The notes beneath the pieces are model-generated. The model was not told the origin of the DNA and did not search any database. It worked only from the letters and a program-made list of their open reading frames with translations. A stretch of DNA of 64,000 nt, from the NCBI GenBank assembly GCA_018814025.1, contig JAHJAM010000025.1, positions 2,530 through 66,529 on the forward strand. The letters are read 5' to 3'. Positions 20,486 through 31,100 of the stretch are shown one piece after another; the first letter of the stretch is position 1; the number at the start of each line of letters is the position of its first letter. Both the position numbers and the translations under genes were made by a program. Source of the stretch: Patescibacteria group bacterium (GTDB lineage: Bacteria; Patescibacteriota; Patescibacteriia; UBA9934; GWF2-40-263).

Positions 20486-21251
20486 AGCGAAAAAATCTTA
20501 CAGCCAAAATTGGCTGGTTGATCACTCGGTGGTGAAACAAATGATTCAGGCCGCGGACCTTCAAGCCGGGGAGCGGGTTTTAGAGATCGGTCCGGGCAAA
20601 GGCATGTTGACTCAAGCTTTGGTTGAGGCCGGAGCGAAAGTTTTAGCCGTGGAAGCGGATCGGGATTTGATTGCGCCCTTGCAGAAGCGGTTTGGCGATC
20701 AGATTAAATTGGTCAGGAAAGATATTTTATCGGTTGATTTATCCGGGCTGGGTCTGAAAGACGGAAAATATAAATTAATTGCCAATTTGCCTTACAGCAT
20801 TACCTCCGCGATTTTAGAAAAGTTTTTAGCCCAGGCGCCCAAACCTAGTCGCCTGGTGGTGATGGTACAAAAAGAGGTGGCGGATCGGATTGTGGCTGAA
20901 CCGCCGAAGATGGGGGTCTTGTCCGTGGCTTGCCAAATTTATGCCCAAGGAAAAAAGATCGTGAAAGTGCCGGCCAAATCTTTTCGGCCGGTTCCCAAAG
21001 TCGATTCAACCGTGGTGCGTTTGGATTTGGTGAAGACGAAAAAGGGGGTGGATCCGGAAGCCGTGATCGCTTTGGCCAAAGTCGGCTTTGCGGCGCGCCG
21101 CAAACAGCTGCAGCGCAACTTAGCGGCGGCGCAGCTGGGGGATTCGGAGGCCATCAAACAGGTCTTGCAAAATATCGGTTTAGACAAACAGGCGCGAGCG
21201 GAAAATTTGACTGTGGATAATTGGATCGAACTTCATCAAAAACTTAAATGA
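20478..21251 (+). CDS. rsmA: 16S rRNA (adenine1518/1519-N6)-dimethyltransferase
   Basis: 'SQNWLVDHSVVKQMI...ERVLEIGPGKGMLTQAL...NLPYSITSAIL' is the KsgA signature. Confidence 0.9.
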   Translation: MFKAKKSYSQNWLVDHSVVKQMIQAADLQAGERVLEIGPGKGMLTQALVEAGAKVLAVEADRDLIAPLQKRFGDQIKLVRKDILSVDLSGLGLKDGKYKLIANLPYSITSAILEKFLAQAPKPSRLVVMVQKEVADRIVAEPPKMGVLSVACQIYAQGKKIVKVPAKSFRPVPKVDSTVVRLDLVKTKKGVDPEAVIALAKVGFAARRKQLQRNLAAAQLGDSEAIKQVLQNIGLDKQARAENLTVDNWIELHQKLK

Positions 21252-21266
21252 TTAGCCGGCAAATAT

Positions 21267-21287
21267 TACCACAACCCGGTTGTGGTA
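21267..21287. repeat. REP-like palindromic repeat family A, copy 1 (TACCACAAC-ccg-GTTGTGGTA)
   Basis: 21-nt element with 9-bp inverted arms. Identical copy at 21321-21341. Reverse-orientation copy at 32501-32523. Half-copy at 32910-32924. Confidence 0.85.
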
Positions 21288-21320
21288 AATGGTTTGCATC
21301 AATAATAATAGTCTTTTTTA

Positions 21321-21341
21321 TACCACAACCCGGTTGTGGTA
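21321..21341. repeat. REP-like palindromic repeat family A, copy 2
   Basis: ATACCACAACCCGGTTGTGGTAT, 54 nt after copy 1 in the same orientation. Confidence 0.85.
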
Positions 21342-21456
21342 TAGGTTTGGTTGCTCGCTCGACCCTTCGATGAATTCAAGTAGAGTAAGCTCGGGGCTGT
21401 TTGTATTTATGCACAGTATTTTTATACGCGTTTTTCTGTTATAATATCAGCAACCT

Positions 21457-22152
21457 ATGGAAGAAATTCGGTTGCAAAAGCGCCCCCGTTCAGCTCTTTC
21501 TGTTGAGCAGAAGGTGGCTTTTGTATTATTGCTGATTTTAGGCATGGGCGGATTGATTTTAGGCATGCTTTCTTTCGGCGCGAACATTCGCCGGCCTTTT
21601 GATATTCAGCTGGCCAATTACACGGGCGAGCCGGTTTACGGAACCGACGAAATGGAACGCCGCGAACTGGCGGCTTTGAAGAATAAAGATTCGGATCAAG
21701 ACGGACTTTCGGATTACGATGAATTGTACGTGTTTAAAACCAGCCCGTACTTGTCTGATTCGGATTCGGACGGGATTGACGATCGCACGGAAATTTTTGC
21801 AGGCGAGGATCCCAACTGTCCGAGCGGCAAAGAATGCGGAGCGTTTTTCGCGGGCGAGGAAACCAGTCAAGGGGAGACGGCCACCAGCTTGCTGCCGCCG
21901 CTCACCACCACGCCGGCGGCCGGCAGTTTCGGCAACGTGACCCTCGAGTCGCCGCAAGATATTTTGGAGTATTTTCAAAGTTTGAGCACGGATGAAATTC
22001 GCGACATGCTCAAGCAGCAGGGGGTGCCGGCGGAAACTTTGGATGAATTGGATGATGCCAGTTTGCGCGAATTGATTGAATCGTCTTTGACTAAAGCCAT
22101 GGCGGAAAATCAATTCGATCAGTTTTTAACCGAAGAACCGGCGCAGTATTAG
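21457..22152 (+). CDS. membrane-anchored calcium-binding repeat protein (DxDxDG motifs, thrombospondin type-3/dockerin-like)
   Basis: N-terminal TM 'VAFVLLLILGMGGLILGML'. 'DSDQDGLSDYDE', 'DSDSDGIDDRTE' Ca-binding-like motifs. Stop is 15 nt before the giant gene. Confidence 0.65.
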   Translation: MEEIRLQKRPRSALSVEQKVAFVLLLILGMGGLILGMLSFGANIRRPFDIQLANYTGEPVYGTDEMERRELAALKNKDSDQDGLSDYDELYVFKTSPYLSDSDSDGIDDRTEIFAGEDPNCPSGKECGAFFAGEETSQGETATSLLPPLTTTPAAGSFGNVTLESPQDILEYFQSLSTDEIRDMLKQQGVPAETLDELDDASLRELIESSLTKAMAENQFDQFLTEEPAQY

Positions 22153-22166
22153 CGCCAGCCAGATTT

Positions 22167-25100
22167 ATGAAATTGTTCCAAAGCAAAACCAGGAAGCTGT
22201 TCGCCGGGTTTTTTGCGTTTGGCCTCACCTTGTCGATTGTCTCGGCGGGCATTTTCAGTTTGGTTCAGCCGGCCTGGGCGCAAGATGTCCTGAGCACCGG
22301 GCAAGCGGCTTTGGAAGCCACCAGCAGCCAAACGCCGACCGCGGGGACATCCGTCAGCGCGGGAAATCCGGCCGAGGGTCCGGCCAAAGCCTTGGGGACC
22401 GTGAATCAAAACGTGATTAAGCCATCGATTCAAATGGTTTTGGTCTCGGTTTTGTTAAATTCTTTCCAATTCCTGCTCGACCGGTTGGCCTATGAAGCGG
22501 CCGTGGCCATCGCGTCATTAGGCGCCGGGGAAACGCCGTTAATCGTTCAAAAAGAAGGCCAGGATTTGTGGGCGGATATCGGCATGGACGTGGCCGGGGA
22601 GTTTGTGGGCGGCTTGAGCGACATGAGCACGGATTTCGTGGGGTTTAATCTTTGCGCGCCGCCCAATCCTTTAGTGCGTATGAGCATTCAATTGGGCATC
22701 AAGCAAGCTTATCAGCCGCCGGAGCCGAAATGCGATATTTTGAAAGTCGGCCAAAACTGGGAAGGGTTTATTAACTCAGCCATTCAGTTATCAGACAATC
22801 CGGGCGACGCGATCATTGAAGAATTTGCCAAATCCTTGAAGCCGGGCCGGAATGAGCTGAGCGCTTCGGTGGAGATTATGCTGGAGGCCGAACACCGAAT
22901 TGATTTGGCTAAAGCCACCGGGTTTCAGCAAGCTTTAGCCGGCGACGGTTTTAAGTCAGTGACTGATTTCGTGACCGGTCAAGTGACCACGCCTTCCAGC
23001 GTGTTGCAGAAGCAATTTGAAAAAACCACCATCGAGGATCGCGATAAGGCCGCGGCCTTTCACATGCAGACCCTGATCACCAATCCGGATTATCTTTGGG
23101 CCATGCTGTTTAACACCATGAGCATTTTTACCAACACTTTGCTGTCGGAATCGCTCAATCGGATTTATACCGGCATGTTCGAAGCTTCGCCGGAGATCGA
23201 TCCTTTCAACGTTGAATATATTTCTAACAATAACCGCCAATCAGCCATTGACCGTTTTTCCAGCTACTCCTCAACTCAACCAACTTCAATTACCAATTAC
23301 AACATCATCGCCGAGTTCGTGACTTGCCCTTCGGGCGGAGTGGCGATTCCCAACATTAATAACTGCGTGATGGACGCGAATTTCGCGACCGCGGTTTCGC
23401 GCGCGGCTTCAAAGAATCCCATGACCGTTCAAGAGGCGATTGACGAAGGGCTTTTGCATGGCGATTGGCCGCTGGTCAGTCCGGATGATCGGACCAAAAA
23501 TGAAAATTCGCTGTGTTATACCTTCGGCTATTGTTATGGCAATTTAGTGAAATTGCGCAAAGCCCGGATTATCCCGGTGGGGTGGGAATTGGCGGCCAAG
23601 CGCAGCCAGCAGGGCGCGCCCGCGACTTTGCAGGAAGTGGTTGACGGTTTTGACCACTGCAACAGCCAAGGCACGATCGATAGCAGTTCAAATCGTTTTT
23701 GCCATTTGATTGATCCGAACTGGGTTTTGAAATATCCGGAAACTCAATGCCGGGCTTTTGTCAGCGGCGAACAGATTATCAGCGGCTACAGTTCGGGCCG
23801 GGCCAATACCTGCGTGGATATGCCCAGCTGCATTTCCGAAAATAATGACGGCAGCTGCGATGGCGGCTTCGGCTACTGCGTGCGCGAGAAGAATATTTGG
23901 CGTTTCCGCGGCGATGAATGTCCGGTGCAATACGCCAGCTGTTTGAAGTTTACCAACGCGGATACCAAATCGCAAAAGAGTTTATTGGTGAACACGGTTG
24001 ATTTTGGCGTGTGCGGCCAAGGCAACGCGGGCTGTTTGTGGTATCGCACGAATAAATATATCGATGACAAGGGCAATACGGACCCTTCGGACGATACTTA
24101 CGAATTTTTGCCGGCCGGGGTCAGCTACATGACGGTCGCGCGCGACGCCGCGGTTGAATACGCGGGCTCAACCCGAACCTTTGGCTATTACGCGCACGAG
24201 GATCGGATTTATTTTGACCGGGACGCGGAAGAATGTGCGTCTCAAGACGCTGGTTGTACCAAGCTATATAAAATTGCTGATAATTTAGTTTTGAATGCGG
24301 TTGCAAATGGAAGTTTTGAACAAGATGAGAATAATGACGGGGTGCCGGATGGCTGGATTGGCTTGGAAGCCACGGATCGCGAGAGTGATACTGATGAAGT
24401 TCAGACCGGCGAATATGCCTTGCATATTCATAATGAACCAAACGTGTTTAGCCAGTCCGGCATTCAATTGGCACCGAATACTTTTTATACTTTCAGCCTT
24501 TATGCCAAGCAGGGGAGTGCGGGGGCAACAGCGGCGAATGCTAAGATCAGGATTTATGACGCGTTTGGCGGCTTGATTGATCTGACCGGCTTGTCCACGA
24601 CTTGTACGGTGCAAAGCAATTACTTCCGTTTAGAGTTGCTAAACTTGAACAATGATTATTCTCGTTATGAATGTTCTTTTACTACGCCGGGCACGACCGC
24701 GGCCGCGTCATTAGAAATTGATCCGTTTAACCGAGCCCGTTTCGACGCTATTCAAATCGAGAAAGGCGCGGTGGCGTCCAATTTTGCGGATGGCTATAAT
24801 CGCGAGGGCGCGACCGCTTATCTGAAATTGGCGCCGGACTATTTGGGATGCGAAGGCAAAGCCACGGATCCCCAAGCCTGCGAGCAATATACCCAAGTTT
24901 GTACCGAACAAGAGGTGGGTTGTAATTTGTACACGCCCAAGGGCGGCGGACCGGCGATTCCGGCCATCATCAGCGCGGTGGATGCGTGTCCGGCCGAATG
25001 CGTGGGCTACGCGGCTTTTAAGCAAGAAGCCACCAAATATGAGCTGGCCTTTTTCCCGGAATATTTTATCGCGGACACGGCCGCCAGCTGTACGGCCGAG

Positions 25101-28100
25101 CAAGTGGGCTGCGACAGCTTCACGAATTTGGATGCTTTGGACCAAGGCGGAGAGGGAATTGAATATTATTCCGATTTGCGGGCTTGTTTGACGCCGGCGG
25201 ACGCGGGCGACAATACGGGCGCGGACCGGGCCGCTAATTATTTCACTTGGGAAGGCACGGATCAGGCCGGCTATCAGCTGCGTTCCTGGTGGCTTTTGCA
25301 ATCAAACCTGAGCGATGCGCCATGTTCGAATTGGACCATGAGCGGCGCCTCCTCCTTAATATGTAACGACAGCGGGTCAGGGCTGGCGGCTTGCGACAGC
25401 CATGACGATTTGGTGAACAATCCGGATTGCCGCGAGTTTTTCGATGAAAACGGAGTCCGCCATTATCGCGAATATTCCAAGACCGTTACCATTAGCGAGG
25501 ATTGCCACCCATACCGCAAGACCATTGCCTTGCGCGACGACTGTTTGGCTTCCGACGGCTATTACACCCCGGCCGGCGAGTGCCGGTACTTTGGCGTGCC
25601 TGTGGAAAGCCAGAGCTGTTCGGCTTCGGCGGTCGGCTGTCGATCATATACGGGCGGGGCCGCGCGCAATCAAAGCGTGGTTTTCGATGATAATCTTGAG
25701 AGCGGCACCGTGGCCAATTACATGACGGAAAACGGCATCAACATTGCTTTTAGCAATGAGTCGCTGGCGCCGGACGGACATTCTTTGCGCGTTTATAATG
25801 CCAGCGGCACGGAATTTATCGCCACTACTCAGGCGATTATGACCAGCGAATGCGCGACCGCGGGCGGCTGTGCCAATCAAAATAGCGAGATGAACGGCGA
25901 GTGCGTGATTGCACAAGGAGAAATTGATTGCGGTCCGCTGCGCGACAAAATCGCGGCCGGCAAGACATTTAATTTGGAATTTTTAGCCAAAGGCAATGGC
26001 GCCATCAAGGCCGCTTTAATCGAACACGGCGGCGCGGATGACCTGCATTATTTCGGCGAAGCGCAACTGACCGGCGCTTGGCGGCTTTACACGCTTGGTC
26101 CATTGGATACCAGCGATTTGGATTACATTGATCGGACCACGGTTTTAGGTTTTCAAACCAGCGGAGCCACGGAATTTTTCTTGGATAATATCCGCCTGAC
26201 GCAAGCTGAAGATAACATTACTTTGATTAAAGATTCTTGGGTGACGCCCGCGGCTTGCGATCAAACGCCCAACGGCCTGAGTTCGCCGCAGTATTACCTG
26301 GGCTGCCAGGAATATTCGGATGTCACCAACCGTCCCAATTATCTTTATCAGTTCAGCCGCTTGTGCGGGGAAGATAAGGTCGGCTGCGAGGCTTATTATC
26401 AAACTTACAATTCGCAATCGCCTTACGGCCAAGTCAATAATGCGCGCTGTTTGAATGGCGCGGCGCCGAATGGCTCGCCGGTCGGCGCTTTGACCGCCTG
26501 CCAGTTTAACGGCCGGACCGTGTGTTCGATTGCGCCCGGAACCAATTTCTGTTTGTTCAATTTAGATCAAGCCATTAGCCGGCCTTTGCCCGCCAAGATC
26601 GTTTTGGGTCCGGAAGCCAAACTGGTTTCCGGGGATCGGCCGGTCTATTTGATTGATGACGGTTCAACTTCGTGTTCGGCGGCCAATGTTGGCTGTACGG
26701 AAATCGGCCAGCCCACGTTTAATCGCGACAAAACTCAAGTCACGGGTTTTGAATCCGCCTATTTCATGAATAATCCGGATGAGTATGAAAATACTCTTTG
26801 CGCCCACAAGGCTTTATTCTGTGCTGAGTGGTCATCGACCAAAGACGGCAATTTCTACTTCAAAGATCCGCTGGATCAAACTTGTGAATACAAGACCGGC
26901 ATCACCATCGATCGGCGCGAGTTTTTTGGCTGGTTCCGTAAAGGCAGCAATGAGCCGTGCGATTGGAATGATTTGAACCAGGACGGCGCCTACCATCCGG
27001 CGGATGATTCAGCTTTAATCAAGGAAGGCGGCAAATTTGAAGTTTGGCGCAATGGCGACAGCCAGTATTCGGGCTGGGTCGCGCAATGCGATCAGAATAT
27101 GGATTTGTGCACGGAATTTTTAGACCCGACCGATTCGCAAGAAGGGCGAAACCCGCTGGGCACGTCCTATTATTTCAAAAACAACGACGCTTTAAGCGAA
27201 AGCTCTCTGGCCGCGACTCAGCGCTGCGACGGCTTAGTCAGCCAGAAGCAGGGTTGCGTGCTGTTCCACAATTCCAGCATTTCCGACATGTATTATTCGG
27301 CCGAGCCCAGCTACATTGCTTCCGAACGCGCGGATATCTTGTTCGGGGACGCACAATTTGCCAAGGTTGATCCGATTGATTGCACCAATTACGATCCGAA
27401 CGAAAATCGGCTGGGGAAAAACCTATGCGAGCTGCGCTGCGCTTACCGCACGGGCGGCTTGGCTAATCCGCTCAAGACCTTGGCGACCACGGCTTCAACC
27501 GCTGATGCGAACCTGCTGTATTCAGGCGCTTGCGTGGATAATTCCGATTGCCCAAGCCAAGTGGCGGCCAACGGCTTGACTTACGCGGGCAACTGCGTGA
27601 GCGTGGAGCCGGCGGCACGCTTTACCAATAACACTAATGCCATTGTGAAAGTGGTGCGCGATCGCGCTTGCGCCCAGTGGCTGACGTGCGAATCAAAGAG
27701 CGTGACTTTTGATGACCAGCAGCAGAAGTGGGTGGAGGTGTGCGAGAATTTGGAGCTGTGCTCGCGCTATACCCGGGAAGGGGACACCACCGAGTGCACG
27801 GCCGCGGATCAGCCTGAACCGTATGTGCTGGATGCGCTGTACTATGCGGCCCGCGACGTAACTTGGACCGGGGTGGAATATTCCGGCTACTCGATTCCGG
27901 ATCAGCTGCCCGTGGATCTTTATGACCAGGTGGATTTGAATCCCAGCAAGTGGTGCGTCAGTACCGCTTCGGGGCGGCCTTACCGCGATGAGCAAACTGA
28001 TTTAGGCGTGCCTTGCACCAGTGATGACGGTTGCGATTATCTGGCCGCGGCCGGCGACTATTATTGCAGTCCGGCCAACGAACAGTATTATGTTTTGGCC

Positions 28101-31100
28101 AATGTGGCCGGGCCGTGCACGGAAGATTACAACACGGCTTGTACCGTGGGCTTTTGTGAGGATCATCCGAATATTGCCTGCGGCAATTCCAGCCATTGTC
28201 CCGATAATGGCGAGATCTGCGTGGTGGGCTATTGCCAGGACGTATATTTGGCGATTGGCTGTGATACGAACACGCAGTGCAACGGCGTTTCCGGCGGCCG
28301 AAACATCTGCGATCCGGTGGCGCGCAAGTGCGTGAATCAATTGACAACCGGCGAAAACGCCACGGCTTGCCGCAGTGCCGGCGACTGTACGGGCATCAAT
28401 CCGACCTGCACGCCCAGCGCCTTATCTCGAGTCGGCACCTGTTTTAATCAGCAGTGCTTGCTGGATATCAAAGGCCAGCCTTACAGTGCGAAACAGGACA
28501 AGGTGATTAACCCGGAGTGCCGCGGCTATCCGGAAATCGATTCGCCGTTTTCCGGTATCCCGGGCACGGTGGTGACCAAATATACGACCAAACCACCACC
28601 GACCGATTTCCTGCCGCAAGCTCAGGAGAAAAAAGTCGGCTACGGCCAAGTGAATATTTGCGCGCCGATTCAAACCGCGGCCGGGGTTTGGGCTTATACT
28701 TCTGATTGTTTGTGCAGTTATGAAAAGATGACTTACGGCGACGGGATCAAAACCTTTTATTATCCCAAAGGCACGGATCTGGATAATTTAGAAGGCGTGT
28801 GCGTGGGCGGACAATTCGACAGCTATACTTGCGCCAAGGATTCCGAATGCGGGTGCGCACGCGACAGCAGCTGCGAGGGGAATGAAATTAGCCTGGGCAT
28901 CTGCGCGCTGCCTAAGAAAAAAGAAACTTATCAAGGCTGGACCGGCCATTGCATTGAACGGGATTCGTCCACGCATATTTATGTGGAACAAGAAAAGAAC
29001 GCGTGTTTAACTTGGCTGCCCGTGGATCGGCTGACCGGGGCCACTGATTTGTACGGAAAAGATTTGGAAGCCGGACAATTCATCAATCAAGACGTTTTCT
29101 ATTGTTCCGAAACCGGCTATTACATGGATTTGTATCCGACCGGCACGGTTTTTGATGATTACAGTAATATTGTGGGCATTGATTATGCTTGCGCGTCGTC
29201 AATAGACGCTCCGGGAAATTTTCAGTGTGAGCAGGGCGAACGGGATAGTTGTGAAAAAAATGCTTACTGTCCGGCAGGCTGGGTGGCGCTGGTGGGTGTT
29301 TGCCATGGAAGTAGCAAGACGGAGACCAGTTTAGGGTATTGTACGGCGGATGTGTTGAATGAAAATTCAGACCTCCGAACCAAAATGCCGATTCAGGCCG
29401 CTGATCTGGCCTTGCCGCCGCTGGCACCGAATCTTAATGATTGTCCATATTTTTGCGTGCCAAAAAACAGTTATCATTCCGAGGGCAATGATGTCGGAAC
29501 GGCCTGCTTCGGTTCCGGACAGCTTTCAACAACTAATGTGGACGGCACTTCGGTTTTTGCCACCCCTTATTATCTGAACGATAACTTAGGAGTCGCGAAC
29601 GGCGAATCGTTTGCCAGCAGTACGGGCGCCTTCAAGAAATATTCCGACTGCGTGGTGCGCGGCGTGCCGGTGGGAACGAGCGAATACGAAACAGACTGGT
29701 ATTATAATTCCAGTTTTGAAGACGAAAATAGCGGATGGTATAAGGGGTATGGCTGGAAGCGCAATACTGATCTCAGTCCGGGCGAAATTGCGGTAGATTT
29801 CGGTCTCGGGCACGCCGCTTATGGTATTTTGCATCGGGCCGTGGGCGCCGGATATAAACATTGCGAAAGTTTAGGACAGGCTTGCACGACCGATGCTCAA
29901 TGTTTGGGTAATTATTCGACGGCGTTTGGTCCGGGCGGCATTCCGTCCAGTTTGACTGGCGCAACACTTCTGGCGTTTGAGGCGTTTTTGAATCAAGTTG
30001 CCCCATTTGTCGGCCAGTGCGGAACTTACGGCGGACCCGAGACGACCAGCGGATCGATTCGGCCTTATTACGGCTGTTATGAACTGACCCAAGTTTCTCA
30101 AGAAGTGACTACGGGTGCGGCCTTGGCGGAAAGCAACAAAGCCTGGACCAATCGTTTGTGGCAGAGCGCGGATCCGCTTTATCAAACCAAGACCAATATG
30201 CCCCAATGGACCGGTTCGGCTACCCAACCTTTGGAATATACGGTGCTGGATGCTCCCGCACCGGCCGGACAGGCTTTGTTTGCGGATTATTTCCAGCGCG
30301 ACGGGCTGACCAATAGATATCTCATGCGGGATTTTGCCGATGCTTTCCCCTTGCCGGTGCGGACTGATTTGGGCGGTTTTGCCATCGGTACAGTGGGTTT
30401 GGATATCAAAGCCGGCATTACGGACGCGGAAGCTTACAAATATCCGAGTTTGAATCAGTATAAAACCGGAGCCAGCAGTACGGCTTTGAAATCCGGGCAC
30501 ACGCCATACAGCTTAGCGCTCTCTTATGAAGACTTGGGAAATGGTTCTGAACTATCCGCGGTTTCAGGGGACATCGCTTTAGACCAGTATGGCCGTTTTG
30601 GAAACAGCAATAGTACGGAGGTAGGCGTCAGTCCGGATCCGGACGGGCAACAAAGCGTGCGCCGTTTGTTATCACAATTTTTTGCAAAAACATATGCGGT
30701 TTATCAATATGTTTGGAATGACAACCGCGGCACGTATGTGAAACAGCCGGACGCGGCCGGGGAGCAGTACGAATCAATGGATATTTCCAGCCAGGGCGAT
30801 GCTTTGGGCACAGAGTTTAATCAATATTCCGGCAATGGCGGACAGGTGCCGGTAGTGAAGTCAGTGGGTTCATGCCAAAACGGCTTATGCGCCGAAGGTA
30901 CGTCCGGCACGATGTCGGTCAACGGCATCGACGATGAAGATATTGTGATGAATGGCTATCAAACTTTCCAAGCCACGTTAAGCTTCTTTACCTATGCCCA
31001 GCCCAACCAATTGCCGATCCGCCAGATTATTGTGGATTGGGGAAATGGCACCGAGGAGGGGTCGATGGACACTTGGACGAATTGGCCTTTAACCAGCCAC

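Noticed and set aside
24711-25301. 196-aa minus-strand ORF, and many similar ORFs (22956-23240, 29871-30500, 31027-31488) inside the giant gene
   Set aside because: All are antisense to the continuous 9.5-kb ORF, which has a signal peptide and a downstream terminator. Arg-rich translations typical of GC-rich antisense frames.
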